From an uncultured archaeon (GTDB taxonomy: Archaea > Iainarchaeota > Iainarchaeia > Iainarchaeales > JAAZKV01): 32,000 nt of DNA. Under the pieces are notes generated by a model, which saw only the letters and a list, made by a program, of their open reading frames with translations, was not told where the DNA came from and did not search any database. Where the stretch lies: assembly GCA_964551375.1 (NCBI GenBank), contig CAZKBG010000001.1, positions 747,329-779,328 of the forward strand, given 5' to 3'. A program made the translations under genes and the position numbers. Positions 1-8,795 of this stretch are shown here, piece after piece; positions within the stretch are counted from its first letter, which is position 1; each line of letters opens with the position of its first letter.

Positions 1-72
1 GTATAAAAAATGTTAAAAGTATAAAAAATGTTAAAAGTATAAAAAATGTTAAAAGTATAAAAAATGTTAAAA
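1..72. repeat. Tandem repeat of an 18-nt unit (GTATAAAAAATGTTAAAA), 4 exact copies, possibly continuing beyond the left edge
   Basis: Read directly: unit starts at 1, 19, 37 and 55; the array ends at 72 before GCATTGGG. Confidence 0.95.
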
Positions 73-117
73 GCATTGGGAATAATTTTGCTCGGTAAGT
101 CTATTTGTTTTATTGAT

Positions 118-888
118 TTACAAAAACATTTTCAGCACTAAAACAAACAATACTCCAATAACAAGGGAGAAAATTGTTTTCTGATTAGTAATTCTCTGGC
201 AGGAAGCGGGGATTAATTCATCGCCTGAAATATAAATCATAACTCCTGCAGTAACTCCGCTGATTAATCCAATTGCCCAAAAAGGAATTAACTGATAAAG
301 ATAAAACGCAAATGCAAATCCGATTAAAGTAGGCAAAGCAGTAACTGATGAAACAAGAAATGCCTTCCACTTCTTTTTTGTCAAGGCATAATAAGGCGCG
401 GCAGTGGAAATTCCTTCAGGAATATGGTGAAGCGCCATTGCAAGCGCAACAGTGAGCGAAAGGCTGAAATTACTAAAAAATCCAATTGCAATCGCCATTC
501 CTTCAGGAAAGTTGTGAAAAAACATTCCCCCAATTAAATACACTGGGGTTTTTTTGCTAATCTTGCCCTGCTTAACATTTGAATCAATAAGTTTGAACTG
601 TTCGGTAATGTAAGGCACTGCGCTTTCAAGGATAAACATAAACCCCGCACCAACCGCAACTCCAATTGAGGCAATAACGATTCCAGACATTGCAATAGCG
701 GTCGGAATAAGCTCCAAAAATGAGATTGAAAGCATAACGCCTGCGGCAAACGCAAGCATGTTAAAGACAAAACTGTCTTTTGGCTTTTTTAAAACTCCAA
801 GAGCCGAGCCAAGTATCGGACCGACAACCGAAAGCACCAGAATTAATGTAATTTGGCCAAATTCCTGCATACCTAAACACTTTTTCAA
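118..888 (-). CDS. ZIP family divalent metal transporter (ZupT/GufA-like)
   Basis: 256 aa, multiple hydrophobic helices, paired ZIP signatures HNFPEGMAIAIGF and HHIPEGISTA. Confidence 0.85.
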   Translation of the reverse strand: MKKCLGMQEFGQITLILVLSVVGPILGSALGVLKKPKDSFVFNMLAFAAGVMLSISFLELIPTAIAMSGIVIASIGVAVGAGFMFILESAVPYITEQFKLIDSNVKQGKISKKTPVYLIGGMFFHNFPEGMAIAIGFFSNFSLSLTVALAMALHHIPEGISTAAPYYALTKKKWKAFLVSSVTALPTLIGFAFAFYLYQLIPFWAIGLISGVTAGVMIYISGDELIPASCQRITNQKTIFSLVIGVLFVLVLKMFL

Positions 889-971
889 AAGCTTATTAAA
901 GAATCCTTTATGGGAACGTTTTTAACCATAAATAAGTATAGTTTTCTTACTCTTTTAACGGGGGTTAGTCA

Positions 972-2057
972 ATGATATCAGCAAAAGAAGCTAAAATGGA
1001 CATAAAAGAATTTTTGAAAACCAAGGTTCCTGAAATAGAAAATGAAATAGAAAAATTCATCCCAAGAAAGCCCACAAAAAAATGGATTGAAAGCGCGCTT
1101 GGAAAAACAGTGTTTGAACTTGACTTAATCGCCTATGAAAAAGGAGTAAACGAGCCTATTTGGGAGCTTTTAGACCGAGGGGGAAAAAGATTTCGCCCGG
1201 TAATGACCTGCCTTGTTGCAGAAGCAGTTGGCGGAAAATACGAAGACGCGCTAAAACTTGCTCCAATGGTAGAAATAATTCACAACGGGACTTTAATGCA
1301 GGATGATGTGGAAGACGATTCGCAGGCAAGAAGAGGAAAACCCTGCACTCATAAAGTATACGGCGTAGACACAGCAGTAAACACAGGAACAATAATGTAC
1401 TTTTGGCCGATGGTAAAAATACTAACCGACGAGTACAAACTCGGCGACAAAAAAAGACTTCAAATTTATGACATATTCCTTCGCGAACTATTAAGAGTAT
1501 GTTCTGGGCAAGCATGGGATATAGCATGGCACCACGGAGGATTCACTCCAAACGAAGCAGAGTATCTAAACATGTGCCTAAGCAAAACTGGGGTTCTTAC
1601 AAGATTTGCGTGCCAGCTGGGGGCAATAAGCGGAGGAGCGACTAAGGAACAATTTGACGCTCTTGGAGACTTTGGGCAGATAGTTGGAGTAGGATTTCAA
1701 ATCCAAGATGATATACTTGAATTAACCGAAGATAAATTCAAAGAAGGGAAAGGAAGCATCGGCGGAGATATTCATGAAGGCAAGAGAACGCTCATAGTTA
1801 TTAGAACTATTGACAAAGCAAATGCAAAAGACAGAGCGCGCCTTGTGGAAATACTTGATTCCCACACGCTGGACCCAAAAGTAATACAAGAAGCGCTTGA
1901 CATCATAAACAAATACGATGGAATAGCATATGCAAAAAAAAGAGCGGAAGAATTAGTTCTTGACGCGTGGAAAAGAGCGGACAAGGTTCTAAAAGACAGC
2001 AACGCAAAATCTCTTTTGAAGAAATTTGCAGAGTTTTTAGTAGACAGAAAAATTTGA
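972..2057 (+). CDS. idsA: Polyprenyl diphosphate synthase, probable geranylgeranyl diphosphate synthase
   Basis: 361 aa; GGKRFRP, first Asp-rich motif HNGTLMQDDVEDDSQARRGKP, second motif QIQDDILELTED, GKRTLIVI. Confidence 0.88.
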   Translation: MISAKEAKMDIKEFLKTKVPEIENEIEKFIPRKPTKKWIESALGKTVFELDLIAYEKGVNEPIWELLDRGGKRFRPVMTCLVAEAVGGKYEDALKLAPMVEIIHNGTLMQDDVEDDSQARRGKPCTHKVYGVDTAVNTGTIMYFWPMVKILTDEYKLGDKKRLQIYDIFLRELLRVCSGQAWDIAWHHGGFTPNEAEYLNMCLSKTGVLTRFACQLGAISGGATKEQFDALGDFGQIVGVGFQIQDDILELTEDKFKEGKGSIGGDIHEGKRTLIVIRTIDKANAKDRARLVEILDSHTLDPKVIQEALDIINKYDGIAYAKKRAEELVLDAWKRADKVLKDSNAKSLLKKFAEFLVDRKI

Positions 2058-2090
2058 AATGAATTAAATTAATTATTTGGAGGGACAATT

Positions 2091-3149
2091 ATGGCTAAAG
2101 CAAAATTATCAGCAACTGAGAATCGAAAAAAAGAACACCTTGAGCTTTGCGCAAAAAAAGATGTCGGTTTTCACAATAAAACTACTCTTCTTGAAGCGGT
2201 AGAGCTTGACTACAAATGCCTCCCTGAAATAAGCATGAGCGAAGTGAACTTATCAACAGAATTTTTAGGAAAAAAATTCGCATTCCCTTTCATGGTGAGC
2301 GCAATGACGGGCGGAGCGCAGATAGCAAAAAAAGTAAATTTAGAAATTGCAGCAGCATGCCAGGAAATGGGGATAGGAATGGGCTTAGGAAGCATGAGAG
2401 CAATGCTCCAACAACCATCACTCGCAGAAACTTATTATGTTAGAGACGCAGCACCGGATATTTTTGTAGCAGGAAATATTGGCGCAGCTCAATTAAAGCA
2501 ATATAATCCAGACCAGTTAAATGAAGCCCTTGAAGCAGTGGGCGCAGATGCACTTGCAATACACATGAATGCCGCACAGGAAGCAGTTCAGCCAGAAGGA
2601 GACGCAGATTTTTCAGCGCTGATAGTAAAAGTCGCTGAATTTGCAAATGAAATTAATGTTCCAGTTTATGTAAAAGAAGTAGGGCACGGCGTATCATATG
2701 ACGTTGCATTTGCTTTGAAAGGAACAAACATACGCGCAATTGATGTTCAAGGAGCCGGCGGAACAAGCTGGACCGCAGTTGACGCGCTTCGCCACAAAGA
2801 AGGATTTGGATTGGCATTTAGAGAATTTGGAATACCCACCGCAGTATCAGTAATTGGAGTGAAATCAGCGCTCTACGGAACAGACAAAAAGATAATTGCT
2901 TCAGGCGGAATAAGAACCGGACTTGACGCAGTAAAAGCAATAGTTCTTGGCGCAAATATGACTGCCGCTGCGATGCCGGTGCTTCAAGCTCAGCAGAAAA
3001 AAGGAATTGAAGGAATAATGAATTACTTAAGCGGACTGCAGAGAGAAATGAATATAACTGCATTTTTGCTTGGTTGCAAGAATATTAAAGAACTTCATGA
3101 AGAGAAACCCCTGCTTTTGGGCAGATTAACTGAATGGCTAAAGCAATAA
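2091..3149 (+). CDS. fni: Isopentenyl-diphosphate delta-isomerase type 2 (FMN-dependent)
   Basis: 352 aa; NRKKEHLELC, FPFMVSAMTGG, GLGSMRAMLQ, IHMNAAQEAVQPEGD, VKEVGHGVSYD, ASGGIRTGLD. Confidence 0.93.
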   Translation: MAKAKLSATENRKKEHLELCAKKDVGFHNKTTLLEAVELDYKCLPEISMSEVNLSTEFLGKKFAFPFMVSAMTGGAQIAKKVNLEIAAACQEMGIGMGLGSMRAMLQQPSLAETYYVRDAAPDIFVAGNIGAAQLKQYNPDQLNEALEAVGADALAIHMNAAQEAVQPEGDADFSALIVKVAEFANEINVPVYVKEVGHGVSYDVAFALKGTNIRAIDVQGAGGTSWTAVDALRHKEGFGLAFREFGIPTAVSVIGVKSALYGTDKKIIASGGIRTGLDAVKAIVLGANMTAAAMPVLQAQQKKGIEGIMNYLSGLQREMNITAFLLGCKNIKELHEEKPLLLGRLTEWLKQ

Positions 3150-3174
3150 ATACTAGTTTTGATGTGATGTTCTT

Positions 3175-4983
3175 ATGCAAATTGAACTAGGAAAAGTTAA
3201 ATCAAAGGGACAGGGGACAATAGAATACCTGGTTATCATTGCGGTAGTGATAGTAATAGCGCTTGTTGTAGTTGGAATTATTTCAGGAATTTTTGGGGAC
3301 AGCTCCGCGCAGGTTTTAAGCGGCGGCGAAGCCCTTGGAAACGTATCAAATTCAGCAGGAATTAATATTGTTGATTCAGTTTCAGATCCAAGCGGAAACG
3401 GATTAATCACGCTTCAGAATTTATCCCCTGACACAGTGACTATTTCACAAATCACCACTCCGGAGGGCGGGGGCGGGACATTTAATACAAATGTTACTCC
3501 GGGCGATTCAAGAACGTTTTCACTCAACGATCTTAATGCAAGCTGCTTATGCTCGGCAGGCGAAGTGAGAAAAATATGCAATTTTATTTTTTCAATTACA
3601 ACTGCGTCAGGACTTGAAAAACAAGAAACTGTTTCAGTAACAGTTGACTGCTCAACTCAAAATGTGAATCCAGGAGATAGGGTAATTCCACCTCTTGACT
3701 CAACCGCGCCACAAGTTGCGCTGTCATCTCCAAGCGGAACCATTTTGTACGCAAATCCAATAACATTCACTTACACTGCGACCGACAATACTGCAGTGTC
3801 CAGCTGTTCGCTTCTAATAAACGGGGCAGTTGCCCAAACTGATTCCACAGCTCCGTTTGGTTCATTTACGCAGAGCATGACTCTTGGAAAGTACAATTGG
3901 TCAGTGTCCTGCCAAGATGCAAGAGCAAACACTGCTGTTCCAACAGCGGTTGACTTTAATGTATTTACAGCATTTCCTGTAGATTACTTCTTTTACAAAA
4001 ATTCATGGCCTACTTCTTCAATGACCAAGATTTCTTCAACAACAGGCGCGCTGCTTGCAACATTAAGCACAATGGACGCCGACGCATATCACACATTTTA
4101 CTTAGACTCTGATAGAAATTATTTGTGGGTTCCGCACCAGCACGGAAGCGCGACTCCGCAAGTGCCAAATTTAATAAAGATTGATTCAATATCAACAACA
4201 AAAATAGGGCAGTATTCCTCCCCATGCCCAGACATTTATTCAGGAATAGTTGACGGAAGCGGAAATGTATACCTTGGCGGAGGATGGAATTCAAGAGTAA
4301 TTTGCAAATACGACACTTCAGGAACAAATGTTTCTAACTTTACTCCTGATGCAAATATTACCACAACACTCGGACTCACAATCGACTCAAGCAGCAATTT
4401 ATGGATTTACGACCTTGGCGCAAACGGAACTCCTGCAACAACTACTGTGCAAAAGCTTGATTCTTCAACAGGAACAAAAATCCTTGAATTTGAAACAGAC
4501 TGCAACGCAGCAACATTTGCAATTCCGCTTGACGCATTCAAATTTGATTCACTTGGGCAATTATGGCTTGCGTGCGAAACTCCATCAAAAACATATGTTT
4601 ACAGCTCAACAGGGACAAAGCTTTACGAGTTTAACTTTAAGACATTAAGAATAACTCCTGACCAGTTGGGCAAAGTGTACCTGCTTTCCTCAGATAGAAA
4701 CATAATGAAAGTGGACGCATCAAACTATGCTATTCTTTGGAATAATCCATTAAGTTATGCTGATACAGTGACTCATTTCTTCATACAGCCGACTGAAGAC
4801 AAGGGACAGCTAATTGTCGGAAGACAGAATGCAAGCGGTTACATATCAACTTACGATACTAACACAGGGCTTAATGTGAACAACTGGACAAGCGGAAGCA
4901 CTCAAACAACGGGCTCAATAGCCGCACAAAGCCCTGATCCAAACGGATTCTACCACTGGATGCTTTATTCAGGAAAAAAATAA
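3175..4983 (+). CDS. Class III signal peptide (pilin-like) protein with large extracellular region containing probable beta-propeller/NHL-like repeats
   Basis: 602 aa; N-terminus KSKGQGTIEYLVIIAVVIVIALVVVGIISG matches the archaeal class III signal peptide/pilin core; C-terminal segments such as LIKIDSISTTKIGQYSSPCPDIYSGIVDGSGNVYLGGG resemble propeller blades. Confidence 0.75.
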   Translation: MQIELGKVKSKGQGTIEYLVIIAVVIVIALVVVGIISGIFGDSSAQVLSGGEALGNVSNSAGINIVDSVSDPSGNGLITLQNLSPDTVTISQITTPEGGGGTFNTNVTPGDSRTFSLNDLNASCLCSAGEVRKICNFIFSITTASGLEKQETVSVTVDCSTQNVNPGDRVIPPLDSTAPQVALSSPSGTILYANPITFTYTATDNTAVSSCSLLINGAVAQTDSTAPFGSFTQSMTLGKYNWSVSCQDARANTAVPTAVDFNVFTAFPVDYFFYKNSWPTSSMTKISSTTGALLATLSTMDADAYHTFYLDSDRNYLWVPHQHGSATPQVPNLIKIDSISTTKIGQYSSPCPDIYSGIVDGSGNVYLGGGWNSRVICKYDTSGTNVSNFTPDANITTTLGLTIDSSSNLWIYDLGANGTPATTTVQKLDSSTGTKILEFETDCNAATFAIPLDAFKFDSLGQLWLACETPSKTYVYSSTGTKLYEFNFKTLRITPDQLGKVYLLSSDRNIMKVDASNYAILWNNPLSYADTVTHFFIQPTEDKGQLIVGRQNASGYISTYDTNTGLNVNNWTSGSTQTTGSIAAQSPDPNGFYHWMLYSGKK

Positions 4984-4994
4984 AACCAGCTCGA

Positions 4995-5036
4995 CAATTG
5001 ACGAAGGTCGTTTCGTTTTCTGGATAGGTTTTTATA
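4995..5036 (+). promoter_or_regulatory. Candidate promoter/operator: CAATTGACGA ... CTGGATAGGTTTTTATA (TATA-like box 5029-5036)
   Basis: Located upstream of the 5160 gene; the same two blocks with nearly the same spacing recur upstream of HMG-CoA synthase (9236-9278). Confidence 0.5.
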
Positions 5037-5066
5037 CTTGTTTTCCCCTAAATTTCGTCTGCCTTT

Positions 5067-5088
5067 GGTGAGCGGCATTAGCTTAACC
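5067..5088 (+). promoter_or_regulatory. Possible leader hairpin GGTGAGC / GCTTAACC
   Basis: Imperfect inverted repeat with one wobble and a bulged A; just downstream of the expected TSS for the TATA-like box at 5029-5036. Confidence 0.25.
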
Positions 5089-5159
5089 TTAGGGCATATG
5101 GGGATTTGAAAAAGTTTAGTAAAAGATAAAGATTTTGGGCAGAAAAATGGTGTTATTAG

Positions 5160-6509
5160 ATGAAAGTTCCTTTACTACCTATAGAAGAAAGAAAGACTAC
5201 TTTTAAGGAAGTTGAAACCGGCTTTACAAAAGAACAGGCATTAGCCGAAGCAGCACGATGTCTCCAATGCCCTGTTCCATCCTGCGTAAAAGGGTGCCCT
5301 GCTGGAGTAAATATTCCTGGATTTATTAAAGCATTTAAAGAGGGAGACATAATCAAAGCAGTTACAATAATTAGAGAAAGAAACTTTTTTCCAAGCATTT
5401 GCGGCAGGATTTGCCAGCATGAAAGACAATGCGAAGGAAACTGCATATTAGCAAAATCAAAAGACGGGCCTGTGACAATAGGCGGAATTGAAAGATTCAT
5501 CGGAGACAATACGCCCTATCCAGCAAGGCACAATTTAGTAGGAAAACACGTTGCAGTAGTAGGCTCTGGGCCAAGCGGACTCGCAGTAGCAGCATACTTA
5601 TCAGTAATTGGAATTCACGTAACAGTTCTTGAAGGGACAAACACATTTGGCGGAGTAATAAAATACGGCGTTCCAGAATTTCGACTCCCAAAAGACATAG
5701 TTGCAAGAGAAATATCAGGGCTGCACGATTTGGGAATTGATTTTGAGCCAAACGCAAAGATAAATGAAGAATCCCTTGAACAGCTTTCAAAAAAATATGA
5801 CGCGGTTTTTATCGGGACAGGCGTTGGAAGATCAAAAGTTCTTGATGTTCCTGGCTCGGGGCTGAAAAACATAATGAGCGCAATGAAATTTTTGGTAAAT
5901 TTAAATCAGAGCGGGCTGACAATGATTTCTCCAGGAGAAAAAGTTGTAGTAATCGGTTCAGGGTATGTGGGAATAGATGCAGCAAGAAGCGGAGTAAGAC
6001 TTGGCGGAGACATAACCTGCTTAACAGTTGAAACTGAAGAAAAATTAAAAGAAAGAATTTCAATCAAAGACTTTGAAGAATCAAAAGAAGAAGGAGTAAA
6101 GTTTATTTTCGGAGTAAAGGTAAAAGAATTTTTGGGGACTGAAAAAGTGGAAAAAGTTGTTTATGAAAACCATGTTCGCGGAGAACTTGAAGCATCAAAA
6201 GTAGTTTTTGCAATCGGACAGGAGCACGATGATGACGATTCATTAAAAGCTCCGCTAAGAACAAACAAAACAGGATGCATTGATGTTAATGAAAACAACC
6301 AGACAATCATTTCAAATGTATTTGCGGCAGGCGACTGCGTTCACGGGCCAAAAACAGTAATACAAGCGGTTGATTCAGGAAGAAAATCAGCCCAGTCAAT
6401 CATTAGGTTCCTAGACAAAAGAATTGCGAACGAAGCAATGGGGATAAAAAACGTTGACGAGCCTGAGAAAGTTATTCCAAAAGTCGACACTACGAATAAA
6501 GATATATAA
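5160..6509 (+). CDS. gltA: Glutamate synthase small-subunit-like NAD(P)H:flavin oxidoreductase (GltA/GltD/SudA family)
   Basis: 449 aa; N-terminal cysteine clusters CLQCPVPSCVKGCP and CGRICQHERQCEGNC, nucleotide-binding VAVVGSGPSGLAVAAYL and VVVIGSGYVGIDAA, C-terminal NVFAAGDCVHGPKTVIQAVDSGR. Confidence 0.85.
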   Translation: MKVPLLPIEERKTTFKEVETGFTKEQALAEAARCLQCPVPSCVKGCPAGVNIPGFIKAFKEGDIIKAVTIIRERNFFPSICGRICQHERQCEGNCILAKSKDGPVTIGGIERFIGDNTPYPARHNLVGKHVAVVGSGPSGLAVAAYLSVIGIHVTVLEGTNTFGGVIKYGVPEFRLPKDIVAREISGLHDLGIDFEPNAKINEESLEQLSKKYDAVFIGTGVGRSKVLDVPGSGLKNIMSAMKFLVNLNQSGLTMISPGEKVVVIGSGYVGIDAARSGVRLGGDITCLTVETEEKLKERISIKDFEESKEEGVKFIFGVKVKEFLGTEKVEKVVYENHVRGELEASKVVFAIGQEHDDDDSLKAPLRTNKTGCIDVNENNQTIISNVFAAGDCVHGPKTVIQAVDSGRKSAQSIIRFLDKRIANEAMGIKNVDEPEKVIPKVDTTNKDI

Positions 6510-6552
6510 TTTAATGATTTAATTAAATTAATTTTAATTTGGCGGTGAAATT

Positions 6553-7833
6553 ATGAATAAAGAAGCATTCAAAGATTTTTATAAAAAAAGCGTTAAAGAA
6601 AGACAGGAAATAATTTCACGCGAATTTAATCTGACTGATTCTGAAAAAGCACTTCTCACAAAAGAAGGCCCGCTTCCTTTTGAAACAGCAAACAGAATGA
6701 TTGAGAATGTAATAGGGACATTTCCTCTCCCGCTAGGACTAGCAATGAATTTTACAATTGACGGCAAAGAATATGTAGTTCCATTTGTTCTTGAAGAGCC
6801 AAGCGTAGTGGCTGCCGCAAGCAACGCCGCAAAATTATCTTCAGGATTTCGCACAATAGTTGACGAGCCTGTGATGATAGGGCAGATACAGCTTGTGAAA
6901 TGCAAAAATGCTAAAAGCGGACTTGAAAAAATACTTGCAAAGAAAAAAGAGCTTCTTGATGACTTAAAAATGATTGACTCAATTTTAGTGAAATTCGGCG
7001 GAGGACCGCGCGACTTAATCGGAGAGGTAATTAAAACTCCCCGAGGGGAAATGATAGCACTCCAGCTTCTTGTTGACGTGCGAGACGCAATGGGCGCAAA
7101 TGCAATAAACACAATGGCTGAAAAAATTACGCCAAAACTTGAAGAGCTCAGCGGAGGAGAAGTAAGGCTTAGAATTATTTCAAATCTTGCAGTTCATAGA
7201 AAAGCAAAAGCCACAACTACTTGGACAAGAAAATCCCTTGAAGAAAGCTCAAAAGGGGAAATGAAAGGCGAAGAAATAATTGAAAGAATACTTGACGCAT
7301 ACGAATTCGCATCAGCAACACAATTTCGAAGCGCGACACACAACAAAGGAATAATGAACGGAATAGACTCGCTGACAATTGCAACGGGAAATGACTTTAG
7401 AGCAGTAGAAGCAGGTGCGCACAGCTATGCTGCATACAATCACCCTTATGCCCCTCTTACAAAATATTACAAAGACAAAAACGGCGACTTAGTTGGAGAA
7501 ATAGAAATGCCAATGGTGCTTGCAACAATCGGGGGGACAATGAAATCAAACCCTTTAGCACAGCTTTCACTAAAAATACTTGGCGTAAAATCCTCAAAAG
7601 AACTTGCGAGCGTAGGCGCGGCAGTGGGACTTGCGCAAAACTTAGCAGCGCTAAGAGCACTTGCGACAACAGGAATACAAGCAGGGCACATGAAACTTCA
7701 TTCAAAAAACTTAGCCGTTCAAGCAGGTGCAAAAGGAAGCGAAATAGACATAGTTGCTGCGCGAATGGTTGAAGCAAAAGAAGTTACTCAGACAAATGCT
7801 GAAAAAATACTTGCAGAAATAAGAAAGAAATAA
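6553..7833 (+). CDS. mvaA: Hydroxymethylglutaryl-CoA reductase, class II (bacterial/degradative-type family)
   Basis: 426 aa; ENVIGTFPLPLGLAMNF, EEPSVVAAASNAAK, DAMGANAINTMAE, ATGNDFRAVEAG, AGHMKLHSKNLA. Confidence 0.9.
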   Translation: MNKEAFKDFYKKSVKERQEIISREFNLTDSEKALLTKEGPLPFETANRMIENVIGTFPLPLGLAMNFTIDGKEYVVPFVLEEPSVVAAASNAAKLSSGFRTIVDEPVMIGQIQLVKCKNAKSGLEKILAKKKELLDDLKMIDSILVKFGGGPRDLIGEVIKTPRGEMIALQLLVDVRDAMGANAINTMAEKITPKLEELSGGEVRLRIISNLAVHRKAKATTTWTRKSLEESSKGEMKGEEIIERILDAYEFASATQFRSATHNKGIMNGIDSLTIATGNDFRAVEAGAHSYAAYNHPYAPLTKYYKDKNGDLVGEIEMPMVLATIGGTMKSNPLAQLSLKILGVKSSKELASVGAAVGLAQNLAALRALATTGIQAGHMKLHSKNLAVQAGAKGSEIDIVAARMVEAKEVTQTNAEKILAEIRKK

Positions 7834-7850
7834 TTGGTTTGGCAGTTCTG

Positions 7851-7858
7851 TTTTTTTT
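7851..7858 (+). terminator. Oligo-T tract after the HMG-CoA reductase stop codon; possible archaeal terminator
   Basis: T8 located 18 nt after the 7833 stop, at the convergent junction with the minus-strand ZIP gene. Confidence 0.35.
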
Positions 7859-8597
7859 ATTCTAACGCAAGCATTGCAAACATTATTGCTACTCCAATTA
7901 CAATACAAATGAATTGGATTAACGCGTCTTTTTTTGAAAATCTTACATGTAGTTGAGGCAAAAGATCAGTTCCCGCAAGGTAAAGGAATCCGCCAATAGT
8001 AAATGCAATTAAGTAAGGGGTAAATTCCGCAGTTGAAGAAATTACAAGCGCAAAACCTGCTCCGATAAAAGCAGTAAGCGAAATTAAAAAATTATACAAA
8101 AGCGCTTTTTTCTGGGTAAATCCGCTTTTTAATAGAACCCCAAAATCAGCAATCTCCTGCGGAACTTCATGAAGCAAAATTGCTATTGCTGTCGCAACAC
8201 CAACAGCGGGACTTGCAATAAATGCTCCTGCAAGAATTAAACCGTCAATAAAATTATGCATAGCATCTCCAGCGAGAGCAACATATCCAAAAGAAGGCGT
8301 CTCGCAGACATTGCTATGCTCAACATGATGGCAGTGGTGCCAGTGAATAAATTTTTCAAGAACGAAAAATGCAAGCATTCCAACAAGAATAGTTAAGGAT
8401 ACTTCAAGCGATAATCCATTTTTGCTAAGTTCAGGCAGAAGATGGATAAAAACATCTCCTAAAAGCGCCCCTATTGCAAAAGCAACCATTGCCTCAAGAA
8501 AATGCTCAAGCTTTTTGTGATTGATGCTAAGGGTAAAAACGCCGATTAAAGAAGCAAGTGAAATAACTAATAAGGAAATAAATAATTCAAAAAACAT
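7857..8597 (-). CDS. ZIP family metal transporter (second, LIV-1/ZIP13-like type)
   Basis: 246 aa, multi-helix; HNFIDGLILAGAF and LLHEVPQEIADFGVLL signatures; histidine-rich loop HWHHCHHVEHSN. Confidence 0.85.
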   Translation of the reverse strand: MFFELFISLLVISLASLIGVFTLSINHKKLEHFLEAMVAFAIGALLGDVFIHLLPELSKNGLSLEVSLTILVGMLAFFVLEKFIHWHHCHHVEHSNVCETPSFGYVALAGDAMHNFIDGLILAGAFIASPAVGVATAIAILLHEVPQEIADFGVLLKSGFTQKKALLYNFLISLTAFIGAGFALVISSTAEFTPYLIAFTIGGFLYLAGTDLLPQLHVRFSKKDALIQFICIVIGVAIMFAMLALE

Positions 8598-8714
8598 TTA
8601 ACACACCAAAACTAACTTTTTGCTTTGCAGCATTACAGCAAGTATTTTTCCAAAGTTAATAATTTTAAACCTATTTGTTAATAACATTTGTAGTTTACGC
8701 GGGCTAAGTTATTA

Positions 8715-8737
8715 AGTCAAATTTAGCTGATTTGACT
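8715..8737. promoter_or_regulatory. Perfect dyad AGTCAAAT-N7-ATTTGACT in the divergent intergenic region; candidate operator
   Basis: 8-bp arms at 8715-8722 and 8730-8737, between divergent ZIP and NikR-like genes. Confidence 0.45.
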
Positions 8738-8795
8738 GCTGATTTAGAAGATATTAAAACAGGCAAAAATAAAAAAAGGGTTTTTGGTGATTTTT

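Noticed and set aside
1-72. Possible CRISPR array
   Set aside because: Units are directly contiguous 18-mers with no spacers, and no cas-like gene is nearby.
3153-3410. Minus-strand 85-aa ORF over the class III pilin signal
   Set aside because: Overlaps a confidently recognised class III signal sequence on the plus strand.
4984-5159. tRNA or other known small RNA in the long intergenic gap
   Set aside because: Could not form an acceptor stem plus T-arm consistent with tRNA; only modest hairpins visible.
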